Positions 25,651 through 38,749 of a stretch of 64,000 bases of DNA are shown one piece after another (position 1 is the first letter of the stretch; each line of letters opens with the position of its first letter). Under the pieces are notes generated by a model that had not been told where the DNA came from, did no database searches, and saw only the letters and a program-made list of their open reading frames with translations. The position numbers were made by a program, and so were the translations under genes. Origin of the DNA: Paraspadella gotoi. Its lineage: Eukaryota > Animalia > Chaetognatha. Where the stretch lies: the NCBI GenBank assembly GCA_051294375.1, contig CM119269.1, positions 7,226,080 to 7,290,079 on the forward strand, read 5' to 3'.

Positions 25651-25867
25651 ATGGAAGAATTTCGTCGTTCGCGAAATCGGCGCCGCCGTTGGGCCGGCAA
25701 CGAGCGCGGCGCCGCAAATGGAAATGGAATCGGCGCCGCAAATGGAATTTGTGCCGGATTTAGCGCCGGAAATTGCGCCAGGATCGCCGGTGCCGGAAAT
25801 CTCTTCGTCGGCGGCGTCGCGTTTTCAAACTTCTGTCTGGCTTCCATCCTCGTCTTGTCTATTTTAG
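25651..25867 (+). CDS. Possible first coding exon ending in a hydrophobic signal-peptide-like stretch (candidate 5' exon of the cadherin)
   Basis: aaaATGG start, GC-rich, MEEFRRSRNRRRRW...LFVGGVAFSNFCLASILVLSIL, then a TAG|GTTCGT donor in phase 1. No homology recognised. Confidence 0.3.
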
Positions 25868-25887
25868 GTTCGTCTCTGTCTCTGTCA

Positions 25888-26049
<162 letters not shown>

Positions 26050-27103
26050 GTCTCAATCTCTCTCTCTCTAATACGATCCGCTCTACTTTCCTCCGACTTA
26101 AAAGTCAGCTAATTAATCAGAATATAATTAATTAGTTTGAAAATTCTTAATGAAGAAAGAGAGTCAGAATTTTTTTTCGCGTTCGCTCTAATTTTGGATT
26201 TTTTAGTCTAGCTAGATTTAAGCATGAGCTCAGTACATTCTATAAATAAAATATACAATTTTTATTTCTACCAAAAAAAAACATATTTGGGGGAAAAAAC
26301 TGTTGAATATTTATCGAGAGTCACGGGCATATTATTATTCATGCAAATAATAATAAAACTTCTTATATTACTAATGAAAATGATACTACTATTTCCGTAT
26401 TCCTAGTAAGAATTGTCATTTTTCTTGTGACTGCAAATAATTTCGAAAGCTACAATTGAAAGCGCTTTATCACGAATTCCTTAAACATGGGAAAAAGTTC
26501 AACTTGGTTACTCTGATATTTTTGTCAAATATTGCTTCATTTTTAAAAATAATCAGTTACTAAATAATAATTATAAAAAATAATTTTAGAACCCGCAAAA
26601 TTTTTCCGTCAACATATTTTCAGCGTTTAAAACTTGAGAGTCGTATTGAGAAATGATTAACAGACAAAGAGAGGGACGTGGCGTTTAAACCACCTCTGGT
26701 AATAAACTGCTCCCGACTTCGTCTTTATCCTTCCTTCTTTTCTTAATCTTAATATTTTCTGTTCATTTTTCTCTCTCTGTCTTTCTGTTTTTTACCATGT
26801 CTGTCTGTCTTCATCCTTTCACCTTTTTTCCTCGTTTTCTCCAGCTTCCTCCTCTTCCTCCTCCTACTTCTTTTAATCTTATAGCTTCTCCTCCGATTTT
26901 CTTCATTTTGATTAGATAAAAACAACGAAAAATTCCACAAAAAAAACCATAAAGCGAAGCTGTGTCTCCGTGAGTCTATGAGGAGCAGTCGGGCTATCAG
27001 TGACCTGGTTGCCGCCTCTTACGCCCTGGTCAATCTGCTGACAGGCGCCAACTATCGGCAACTAATCCATCAGGCGGTTTGGCTCTGATTGTTGGTCGCC
27101 AAT

Positions 27104-27216
<113 letters not shown>

Positions 27217-27314
27217 GGTGGATTTTCATGAGAAGACTTCCGCATTGACGGTTACATTGTTTATTGTTTAAAGATAATTGTATTGAATATGATCTGATCT
27301 TCTCTTTTTAATTT

Positions 27315-27531
27315 CGGCACCATTTTCCGAAAGCGCCCCATTTCTATTCATTAATCCCTATAGTTGATTTTAACTTTAATATTTACTTTAATTTTTTACC
27401 AAATCCCTAAGCAAATCCATAACCCCAAAGCCTAATCACTAACTCTAATCACTAAATTAATCCTTAACCTTAATCATCAACCAAATTACGAATTTAAGAT
27501 GAAATTGGGCTTTTTTTCGAAAATAAGGCCG
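27315..27531. mobile_element. Degenerate MITE-like element with ~30-bp imperfect terminal inverted repeats and internal cctaac-like repeats
   Basis: cggcaccattttccgaaagcgccccatttc at the left end versus gaaattgggctttttttcgaaaataaggccg at the right end. The interior has degenerate cctaat/ctaac hexamers. Confidence 0.4.
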
Positions 27532-27637
27532 ATATTTTAATTGACTCTATCCTCTCATATGAGAGAAATGTGCATTAAGTAAAAATATTTGAAAATGTAT
27601 AAAGAAAAATTGAAATCCAAAAAAGGAAAAAAATATT

Positions 27638-27753
<116 letters not shown>

Positions 27754-28194
27754 TTGGAAGGGGGGTCATGGGGTCGCCCATAGAATAGGCGATCAGTTAT
27801 GGTCGTGTCGAACTGCAGAACCGGAGGCGTGGGTTGAAAGGGGGACCGAAACAGCGGGGGCGTTTGATGACGGTGGCGGCCGGGGCGGCGACGGCGACGG
27901 CGGCCGTGGCGGCCTCTGTGATGGGGTGACCAATTTTTTTCTCTCACGGTGCGGTGACTGTTGCTGTGGAGTCTTGACGTCAAACATAAATTCATAAATT
28001 ATATAAATTATATAAAAAATATACGATATATTATTCATTGGCTTAGGTTGTAAATTGATTATGAATAGTTTCGGAATTCACAAAAATTTCTAATTCTAAT
28101 TCGAGTGCATAATTCTCATTGATAGAAATGTGATCTGATGTATTCTAGTTGCACTCTCCTCTCCTTTCTCTCTCTCTCTCTCTCTTCTCTCTCT

Positions 28195-28291
<97 letters not shown>

Positions 28292-28811
28292 TACAATTAA
28301 TCCGTAGTTGTTGATTATATATAATTAAGAAGATGGGAGAAGTGATATTATAATAAAATAAGCGAGGGATGAAATTCCGAGACTAGAAATATGAGACGAG
28401 AAGTGTGACTCGATATGTGAATCTCATTCACGAGAGAGAAAAAGATTCGTGAAGACATTGACTTTTTTTCTTCGGAAGAAAAAGGAAGAGGAGGAAGCGA
28501 ATCTCATATTTAGGAAGAGACAATAATGACAATATAATGACATTTTTGTTACAAAAATATGAGAATAATGATAAATGATGGATATGAATGATTTAAAAAT
28601 TGACAATAAAGTTTAAATAATTAATGATAAAATAATGATATTAATGATAAAAAAACACACGAATGACGAGAAAAAATACGTTGGACAACAAAACGAGATG
28701 AAACAAATAGCAACAAATTAAACGAGACACGATAATAATAATAATTAATAACTAATTGATAATAGTTTATGAAATTACTACAACTAATATAAAATTACCC
28801 ATTTTTTAAAT

Positions 28812-28860
28812 AAATAAACTATCTTGCCCCTGACTTTGGACAGGCTACGAAGATTTAAGG
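28812..28860 (-). repeat. Dispersed repeat fragment, copy of 702-750
   Basis: Reverse complement reads ccttaaa...agcctgtccaaagtcaggggcaagatagtttattt. Confidence 0.7.
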
Positions 28861-29716
28861 CATCCATCAATTCTCACAAGATAATGGCATAGCATGTCTT
28901 TTCAAACTTTCAGTCAAGACTCTCTCGTTTATTCACTCATAGAATACCTGGCTTTCCTATCAATCTAATATCTAAAATACGAAGATCAAAAATAGATCAA
29001 AAATATCTAATATGTATATATTTTTTCTTTCCAAATTATATATGATGCCGAAACTTGTAAAAGGTTTAGTGCAACCAGCATCTTATAGCGTCTTACAGTT
29101 TATATCTATTATATGATTAAAAAATAAACAAACCCAGGGCAAAAAGAATGATTCCAAAAAAAGGAGCGATCTCTCGAATGCTTTTTTTTTTGTTCGTCAC
29201 GTACGAAACTCCGAAGGGAAAAGAAAAAGAGGAAGGAAGGTTGTCTATCACTTTAAATCAAACTGTGAATGCTGGTGAAAGGCTCCCCTGGATGAATGGG
29301 CTCAACTGGTGATACCCACGATGAAGACGACGACGATGACGACGACTAAGACTCTTGTGACGGCGGCGACGATGACGACGACAATAGAGACGACGACGCC
29401 AACGACGCCAACGACGACGACTAACTCACGAAAGACTTTTTTTGCAACGTTTGGCCTCCAGCTGCGTGAAGTGAATCTTTTGGCGCCACCCGCCGCGCTC
29501 ACGATCTCGTGGAATCCCCGTGGCGCTAGATTGACGTTGGCGTGACGTTCGAATGGCGTTAGTTTGGCGGAGGAATGGCGCTCATTCGACTTGGCAGAAA
29601 GAGAGTTGTTTAAATACGCACTTATAATACCAATTAGAAAAATGAGAACGAATCTCAGAACTTCTCTCTCAGCTCTTAGAATACCTTTTTAAAAACTCCC
29701 ACTCTATCGATTTCTG

Positions 29717-29800
<84 letters not shown>

Positions 29801-30033
29801 TATTTGTCTCTTTCTTTCTTTTTTTTCCCTCTCCGTTTCTTTCTATCTCTCTCTCTTTCTTTCTCTGTCTCTCTCTCTCTATTTCTTTTCGTCCAAAACA
29901 GAAAATGATTGACGTTCTTTTAATCTCTTCTTCCGGTTAGGGCTCAGCGCGCTCACGTCTTCGATGGGGCATTCTCTCTCTCNNNNNNNNNNNNNNNNNN
30001 NNNNNNNTCTCTCGTCTCTCTCTTCTCTCTCTT

Positions 30034-30099
<66 letters not shown>

Positions 30100-30374
30100 A
30101 CTCTCTCTCTCTCTCTCTCTCTCTCCTTCTCTTCTTTACCCCACTCTATTCTTTCCAATCACACTCTGTCATAACTCATGTCATTCGTATATCCGTCCAT
30201 TTCTGTCATTTCTATGCAGAGTTTTTTCTCCGAATGTCAATCATTCTGTCTCACGTCCTTATTTCTCCCTCTATCCCCAATTCCCATGCTTGTTCGCTCT
30301 ATCTCCATGTCATTTCACATATGTGTCAATTCTCTCCCTCATGTCGATTCCCTCTCTTACATTCTTTACAATCT

Positions 30375-31372
30375 TATCCATGTCAATTCCCTCTTCTTTC
30401 ATCTCAATAATTCTCTCATCCATGTCAATTTCTCTCTTAAGTCAATAATTTCTCATCCATTCAATTTCCTCTCTTTTAAGTCAATAATTCTCATCCATGT
30501 CAAATTTCCTCTCTTTTAAGTCAATAATTTCTCATCCATGTCATTTCCTCTCTTTTAAGTCAATAATTTCTCATCCATGTCAATTCCTCTCTTTTAAATT
30601 CAATTATTTCTCATCCATGTTCAATTCCTCTATTTAGTCATTTTTAATATTATTCTCTCTTCGTCAATAATTTCTGCATCCATCGTCAATTTCCTCTTTT
30701 AAGTCAATAATTTCTCACTCCATGTCAATTTCCTCTCTTTTAAGTCCGAATAATTTCTATCCCATGTCAATCCCTCTGTCTTTTTTCATCTCTTTAATGT
30801 CCCTCTTAATCATATTTCTCATCCATGTCAATTTCCTCTCTTTAAGTCAATAATTTCTCATCCATGTCAATTTCCTCTCTTTACAGTACATATTATTTCT
30901 CATCCATGTTCAATTTCTCTCTTTTAAATCAATCTATTTCTCATCCATCCCTTAGTCATAATTCTTCCTCTTCCTCTTTTAAGTCAATAATTTCTCATCT
31001 TCATCTCGTTTTAAGTCAAAACTTTCCTCTCATTCACTCTTCATGTCTTTTCTCTATTCCAATTTCTTACTATTCCATTTCCAATTTCCTTCTCTTTTAA
31101 GTCAATAATTTTCTCCGTCAACCCCTCTTCATGCTATTTCATCATTTCATTCCTCTCTTTTAAGTCATAATTTCTCATCCATGTCAATTTTCCTCTCTTT
31201 TAAGTCAATAATTTCTAATCCATGTCAATTTCCTCTCTTTAAGTCAATTCTCATCATCAATTCCTTCTTAGTGCAAATTCTGTCCATGTCAATTTCCTCT
31301 CTTTTAATCAATAATTTCTCATCCATGTCAATTTCCTCTCTTTTAAATCAATTATTTCTCGTCCATGTCAAT
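30375..31372. repeat. 40-bp minisatellite (copy A, noisy)
   Basis: Unit tccatgtcaatttcctctcttttaagtcaataatttctca. Confidence 0.88.
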
Positions 31373-32146
31373 TAGCTCGCTGTTTGATCGAGTTTTCACT
31401 GACCCAGATCTCGTCGAATCATTTTTCACGTCGTTCGTTTTTAGCGACCAAACAGTTTTGTCCGCGACCAATCATTTGCTTCCAGGCCGCCGAGAGTTTT
31501 TTCTGTTCGCTGAGAAAAAGGAAAATATGGGCCGAATGAAAAAAAACAAGAAACGGTTATTCCAATGTGTTTCGCCGCAGTGGCTTCATTTTCACGTGTA
31601 ATTCCCTTTGATCACATGATATGACATGACATGACATGCACTGCTTCAAATCTTTATAGTTTTAGGATTTCCTGAAGGCGGCGCTGCAGTCCTTATATTG
31701 AGGTTTTTTTTCTGTCTTAACAAATGAGCAAATTAACATGCAGACCGACGGAGAGACATACCGAGGACCGACAGATGACCGAAAACTGATTTATAGAGTT
31801 ACTGACGCGAGTAGTCGCGTCGTAACTAAAAATACGAACGATTGTCGAAAAAGTCGTTATATTAAAATTGAGACGGGATTTTTGGACATTGATATTCCCT
31901 TATATTTAATTAAAATCATTTCCAGATTTTATGTCGAACATCCTTCTCACCTTTTAATGATCAGTGTTATAAATATATAATAAGAATAAATAATTAAAAT
32001 ACATAAAAATCCGATATGCCGTATGTGAAATAATTAAGCTATTCATTAAAAAAAAACAAAAAAAAAAAACACAACAAAGACTGTCCCCTTCGTCCCTTAC
32101 CTCCCTCTTCCACCCCCCGGTACACCCCTTCCCTACCCGTTTTCAG

Positions 32147-32360
32147 GCGAGGTCATCGTGGGCGCCCCCGGCCTCGACGTGAGGCCCCTACGGACAAGAG
32201 CGCTACTCCGCTTGTAGTGGAGGCGCGGCCTGGGCCGAAGACGCAGCCCGAGCAGGGGATTCAGCATGCTGCTCGACGACCGCCAACGACAACGCGAGCC
32301 GCAGTTCGGGAGAAGTGTGCTGCTCTACGACGGCCGGAGTCGCTGAAGACGTAGCGATAG
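32147..32360 (+). pseudogene. Second, frameshifted copy of the cadherin exon (assembly duplicate, other haplotype, or recent tandem copy)
   Basis: Same splice sites and sequence as 34726-34926, with numerous 1-2 nt indels and a few synonymous-looking substitutions (gct/gcc, gta/gtg). Confidence 0.75.
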
Positions 32361-33039
32361 GTGAGCGTTGCTGGAGTGTTGAGCGATGACTCTTTGGTGA
32401 ACGGCGAGTGGTAGTACGGCGTCATTGGACATGGTAAGTCCGCTGGTGTTCCAGAGGGTAAGGGAAGGAATGAGGGAAAGAGCGACAAAATCTCGTATTG
32501 CTTACGTTTGAATTAAAATGATTGTAACGAAGCACTTCGAATCGGTTCAACTTTACACGAATCAACGAACGCCTCACAGAGCGGTGAATTGTTTTCTTTT
32601 TTTTTTTGGAAGTCGTCTCGGCTTTAGTTTTTATCAACGAAAGTGATATTCAAGAAAAAGGAAAAGAATATTGAATTTTTAGAAAAAAAAAATGTCATTA
32701 AAGATAACGATTACATAAGGAGTAAACTCTTAAGACGGACAAGAAGGTGGGGAAAGGTCGGGTTGGAATGGTAGAGTGAGGAGTGAAGAGAATAAGAGTG
32801 GGACATAGGTTGTTTCCAATCCAACTCTGTCATAACTCATGTCATTCGTATATCCGTCCATTTCTGTCATTTCTATGCAGAGTTTTTTCTCCGAATGTCA
32901 ATTCATTCTGTCTCACGTCCTTATTTCTCCCTCTATCCCCAATTCCCCATGCTTGTTCGCTCTATCTCCATGTCATTTCACATATGTGTCAATTCTCTCC
33001 CTCATGTCGATTCCCTCTCTTACATGTCATTTAAATCTT

Positions 33040-33935
33040 ATCCATGTCAATTCCCTCTCTTTTATGTCAATAATTTCTCATCCATGTCAATTTCCTCTCT
33101 TTTAAGTCAATAATTTCTCATCCATGTCAATTTCCTCTCTTTTAAGTCAATAATTTCTCATCCATGTCAATTTCCTCTCTTTTAAGTCAATAATTTCTCA
33201 TCCATGTCAATTTCCTCTCTTTTAAGTCAATAATTTCTCATCCATGTCAATTCCCTCTCTTTCATGTCTATTATTTCTCATCCATTTCAATTTCCTCTAT
33301 TTTAAGTCAATTATTTCTCATCCATGTCGATTCCCTCTCTTTCATGTCAATAATTTCTCATCCATGTCAATTTCCTCTCTTTAAGTCAATATTTCTCATC
33401 CATGTCAATTTCCTCTCTTTTAAGTCAATAATTTCTCATCCCATGTCAAATTTCCTCTCTTTTAAGTCAATAATTTCTCATCCATGTCAATTTCCTCTCT
33501 TTTAAGTCAATAATTTCTCATCCATGTCAATTTCCTCTCTTTCATTGTCTATTATTTCTCATCCATTTCAATTCTCTCTCTTTTAAAATCAATATTTCTC
33601 ATCCATGTCAATTTCCTCTCTTTTAAGTCAATAATTTCTCATCCATGTCAATTTCCCTCTCTTTCATGTCTATTATTTCCATCCATTTCAATTTCCTCTC
33701 TTTTAAGTCAATAATTTCTCATCCATGTCAATTTCCTCTCTTTTAAAGTCAATAATTTCTCATCCATGTCAATTTCCTCTCTTTTAAGTCAATAATTTCT
33801 AATCCATGTCAATTTCCTCTCTTTAAGTCAATAATTTCTCATCCATGTCAATTTCGCTCTCTTTTAAATGCAATGATTTCTCATCCAATGTCAATTTCCT
33901 CTCTTTTAAATCAATTATTTCTCGTCCATGTCAAT
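33040..33935. repeat. 40-bp minisatellite x~22 (copy B)
   Basis: Near-perfect repeats of tccatgtcaatttcctctcttttaagtcaataatttctca. Confidence 0.95.
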
Positions 33936-34296
33936 TAGCTCGCTTGTTTGATCGAGTTTTCCACTGACCCAGATCTCGTCGAATCATTTTTCACGGTCGT
34001 TCGTTTTTAGCGACCAATCAGTTTTTCCGCGACCAATCATTTGCTTCCAGGCCGCCGAGAATTCTGTCGCTGGAAAAAAGGAAAATATGGCCCGAATGAA
34101 AAAACAAGAACGGTTATTCCAATGTGTTTCGCCGCAGTGGCTTCATTTTCACGTGTAATTCCCTTTGATCACATGATATGACATGACATGACATGCACTG
34201 CTTAAAAATCTTTATAGTTTTAGGATTTCCTGAAGGCGGCGCTAGCAGTCCCTTATATTTGAGGTTTTTTTTCTGTCTTAACAAATGAGCAAATTA

Positions 34297-34393
34297 CATG
34301 CAGACCGACGGAGAGACATACCGACGGACCGACAGACTGACCGAAAACTGATTTATAGAGTTACTGCGCGAGTAGTCGCGTCGCAACTAAAAA
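34297..34393 (-). mobile_element. Helentron/HINE-like non-autonomous element end (duplicate at 31737-31832)
   Basis: On the minus strand: a T-run, the hairpin agttgcgacgcga-ctac-tcgcg..gtaact, ctataa, then a gtctgtcggtccgtcgg microsatellite-like tract. This matches the typical DINE-1/HINE layout. Confidence 0.5.
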
Positions 34394-34725
34394 TACGAAC
34401 GATTGTCGAAAAAGTCGTTATATTAAAATTGAGACGGATTTTTGGACATTGATATTCCCTTATATTTAATTAAAATCATTTCCAATTTTTATTGTCGAAT
34501 CATCCTCTCACCTTTTAATAATCAGTGTATAAATAATAATAAATAAATGAATTAATAATAATCAACCAAATACATTTTAAAATCCGATATGCCGTATGTG
34601 AAATAATTAGCTATTCATTAAAACAAAACAAAAAAAAACAACAAACAAAGACTGAACCCCCTTCGTCCTTAACCCCTTACCCCCTCTTCCATCCCCCCGG
34701 TACACCCCTTCCCTATCCGTTTCAG

Positions 34726-34926
34726 GCGAGGTCATCGTGGGCGCCCCCGGCCTCGACCGTGACGGCCCCTACGGACAAGAGCGCTACTCCCTCGTAGTGG
34801 AGGCGCGGCTGGGCGAAGACGCAGCCCAGCAGGGGATTCAGCTGCTGCTCGACGACGCCAACGACAACGCGCCGCAGTTCGGGGAAAGGGTCTACGAGGC
34901 GGGAGTCGCCGAAGACGTGGCGATAG
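34726..34926 (+). CDS. Cadherin extracellular-repeat exon (resembles invertebrate classical/N-type cadherins)
   Basis: ttcag acceptor and TAG|GTGAG donor, 201 nt, phase 1-1. Encodes GEVIVGAPGLDRDGPYGQERYSLVVEARLGEDAAQQGIQLLLDDANDNAPQFGERVYEAGVAEDVAIG, with the LDRD, D.NDN.P.F and Y...V.ED calcium-binding motifs. Confidence 0.93.
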
Positions 34927-37900
34927 GTGAGGTTGCTGGGAGTGTTGAGCGATAACCCATTGGTGAGGGCGAGTGGTAGTACGGGTCATTGGACATGGTA
35001 AGGTCGCTGGTGTTCCAGAGGGTAAGGGAAGGAATGAGGGAAAGAGCGACAAAATTCCGTATTGCTTACGTTTGAATTAAATGATTGTAACGAAGCACTT
35101 CGAATCGGTTCAACTTTACACGAATCAACGAACGGCTTCACAGAGCGTGAATTTTTTTTCTTTTTTTTTTTGGAAGTCGTCTCGCTTTAGTTTTTATCAA
35201 CGAAAGTGATATTCAAGAAAAAGAAAAAATATTGAATTTTTAGAAAAAAAAATGTATTAAGATAACGATTACATAAGGAGTAAACTCTTAAGACGGACAA
35301 GAAGGTGGGGAAAGGGTCGGGTTGGAATGGTAGAGTGAAGGAGTGAGAGAGAAAAGAGTGGACATAGGTTGCAAGGTCTCATGACATATAAACGGTAAAT
35401 ATGATATGAAGTTACTGCTTTTTTTTTTAAATATTTTTTTTATTTTTTTTTCTTTAAAGACAACGAAACGAGATTTTACGACAACAACGACGACGAAGAC
35501 ATAAAAAACGCAACGCAAATGGGAAGAGGAGGAAGGAGGAGGAAGAGGATGAGGAAAAGGGAGGAGGAAGAGGATTTGATGAAAAAAGGGGGAAGGGAAG
35601 GGGAAGAGGGAGGATGAGGAAAGGAAGGAGGAAGAGGATAGAGGAAAAGGAGGATGAAGAGAGATGAGATAAAGGGAGGAGGATAGAGGAAAAGGGAGGA
35701 GAGGATGAGGGAAAAGGAAGGAGGAAGAAGGATGAGGAAAGCGAGGAGGAAGAGATGAGGAAAAGGAAGATGAAGAAGTGATGAAAAGGATGAGGAAGAG
35801 TGAGGAAAAGGAGGCTTGAAGAGGATGAGGAAAAGGAAGGAGGAAGAGGATGATGAAAAGGGAGGAGGAAGAGGAGGGCATCCTTCAAAGAAGCGGCGGG
35901 TTTTTCTTGCTTATTCTTCAGTTCAGTCAATTACCCGTTTCTCCATCTTGGGTCCAGTCAATTACCCAGGACGCGCCGGGCGCGCTTTGTTTTCGAGTCG
36001 CGAGAGAGGAAAGGACGCCGGCGATTGAGCGGGGTGTCGAGGGGGTGGTGGGAGGAAAAGGATCGGTTGGGATGTGGAGGGGGTGGAGGAAAATGAGCGA
36101 GCGATTTGAAATTGAAATTTGAAGGAAAGTGACTGGTGATATTCTGGCGAGTGGGTGAGTGAGTCAGTGAGTGAGTTAGTGAGTAAGTGAGTGTTATAGT
36201 GAGTGAGTCAGTGATATAGTGAGTGTTTGCGACATCCGAACGTAGACTATTCAAGATGATTCGCCTTTTAGTGAGCGAAGGAATCCTGGTGGTTAAAGTG
36301 GAAACAAAGTGCTATAGTGTAAACAGAGTAGGCGCCTTTAGAGTCCGCCAGAAAAAGTGGTCGATCTAGTGGGTCAGAAACTTTAGCGACGCTGGTTGCT
36401 ATGGATATGGTTGCGAGGGTTTTAGATGCGTCCATGAGGGCAGAACTGGGTAGAATGTTGATGGCCTCATTGCTTTTGTGTGGGTTTTGGTGTTGGCAGC
36501 GACGGCAGCAGTGACTGCAGCAGCGGCGGTGGCGGCGGCGGCGGTGACGGCGAAAACTCGCTTGATTAGTGAACCGGTGGCGGCATAAGTTGTTCCGACC
36601 ACTGACTCGTTGTGACAGGAAAGGCAGTTTTTTTTTTCGTGGGGCAGCGGTGATGGCAAGCTGGCGTTCGAATGGCAGATGTTGTGGCGGAAATGCCATC
36701 ATCGAAGTGACGGCACGTGTGTGGGGGTGTCCGATGGCGTCTAGGATGAAGTGTCAGTTCGACGTAAATTCGAGACGTCAACTTTTCTTCTTTTTTTTTC
36801 GAAATTCGAAGCCGAAATAAGAGAAAGAAAATCCTTTCGCTTCTGACGTCAATCGCGATTCGAAGTTGTGAAAACCGTTTTTTTCCTTCACGGAAACGAG
36901 GCTTATTAGGGCAAAATATTTATTTTAAAAAATGGCAAACAATTTGTTTGGAAATCACAAAAATAAAAAAAACATTTTTTTTTTAAATCATGAATTAAAA
37001 GGGGAAAAATATGAACGCTTTTTTTGTTATTTCTGTGTCGGTGACATTTATGACAAAAGATTTGAGCTGAAAGTGAAAAATTTTGAGCAGAAACCTTTTG
37101 AGATTCGAAAGTCGGGGAAAGAAATTGCAGATGGGAACAAACAAATGAACTAAAGAATGAAAGTCACTCAAATCACGCGTGTACGTATACAAAAACTATG
37201 CCTTCTACAAAATCAAATAGTCGAAAAAATCCCGAAAAAATGATTGAAACGAAAATAAATATATAATCTCACGTCACACGTTGTGACGAAAGCAAATAAG
37301 CATTAAGCAGTGGCAAGCTTTGTCATCGCCTCAAAAGGATAACATTCGAAAAGTCAAACTTAATACGTGCGCGTGAGTACACGTAGAGTCCACGTGCACA
37401 CGCCGACACACGCAAAGTCTTTTTTTTTTTGAAAGTGGAAATCGAGATTAACTTTCTGTTTTTTGTTGGTTTTTTTGGTGGTGATGGATGCCGCCATCAT
37501 GCGGTGGTGGCAGACTGTGGTGCAGTGCCGTGGGTTCGCAGCGGCGGCAGCGGCGGCAGCGGCGGATGCGTCGGCGGCGGCAGCGGCGGATGCGGCGGCG
37601 GATGCGGCAGCGGCAGCGGCGGAAGCGGAGGATGAAGAAAATTTAATGAGGATCGTTTCGAGGATGATGGAAAATCCCTTATCGGTGGCGGCGTCGTCGT
37701 CGTTGTTGTTGGATTTGTTGTCGTTGTCATCGTTTTTGTCATCGTCTTTCTCATTGTCGGCCTAATTGCATTGTCGTTGGTCACCCTCAAGAGAACTTTC
37801 TTCGTCCACCTCTGAAAATGGTCACAGCCTGACCGAAAGACAACGAGCGTAAAATGAGCGCGGTCTCTGAGTTACGAAATGTTCAAAATATTCATTGCCT

Positions 37901-38749
37901 TACATATAAATTGGAAAAGTTTAAACTGCTCGTAAATAATTCCTCATTACCAATACTTGCACTTCCCATGAAAAAACTTGCGGTTTTTGAATTCATTGGC
38001 ATAAATTGATGAAGATATATCGAATCCATCAGAACATATAATCGTATNNNNNNNNNNNNNNNNNNNNNNNNNTATCTCATGTAAGTTGTAACACTCGGGA
38101 GTTTTATCAGTTCGTCCGTTATGTTTTTTTCTTTAGCCACACAAGGATATCAAACATTTTTTTTCTTCCCTCTTTCATGATTTTTCTTTGTCCATATTTT
38201 GTTATTCGCGCCATCTTTTTTTTTCTTAGGTCACACCCCCTTTTTTTCTTTTTCTTATGTTACGATCGTCCTTCTCTAGGACAATAGCTGGGGGTTGGCG
38301 AAAAAAAAAAGGGGGAAAAGTAATTGATAATTCACTAAAGGAACAAGTTTGTAGCCTCTCAAAGAAAAGAAGAGGGGAGAGGGAGAGCAAGAGAAACTGG
38401 AGAGAGGAAAAGACGAGAGAGAGAGAGAGGGGACTGTAGGACAAAGAGAGCGAGCGAGAAGGACGAGAGAAGAGAGAGAGATAGAGAAATAAAAAGAACA
38501 GAAAGAAAGAAAGAAGAAAGAAAGAAAGAAGAAGAAAGAAAGAAAGAAAAGAAAAAGAAAGAAAAGAAGAAAGAAAAGAAAGAAAAAAAAAACAGGAAAA
38601 GCAAAAAAATAGAAAAAGAGAAGAAGGAGGGAGGACAGCAGGCACAAGGAGCGCCAAAAAAACGAGACAAGACCGAACCCATACACCCCCCACCAGACAG
38701 ACGACACCCCGCCCCCACCCAACACACAAAACAAACACACACACATAAA

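Larger units (their letters stand above)
30152..35371 (+). repeat. ~2.6-kb direct tandem duplication (copy A 30152-32812, copy B 32813-35371)
   Basis: Both copies start tttccaatc..actctgtcataactc and end gacataggttg, and are colinear throughout. Copy A has many small indels. Confidence 0.93.

Noticed and set aside
33040-33935. Regular 40-bp repeats resembling a CRISPR array
   Set aside because: The units are head-to-tail with no unique spacers, there are no cas genes, and the context is eukaryotic. This is a minisatellite.
37429-37790. Poly-Ala, Gly or Pro ORFs in a GCG-rich tract
   Set aside because: Degenerate trinucleotide repeats are open in several frames on both strands, and no domain is recognisable.
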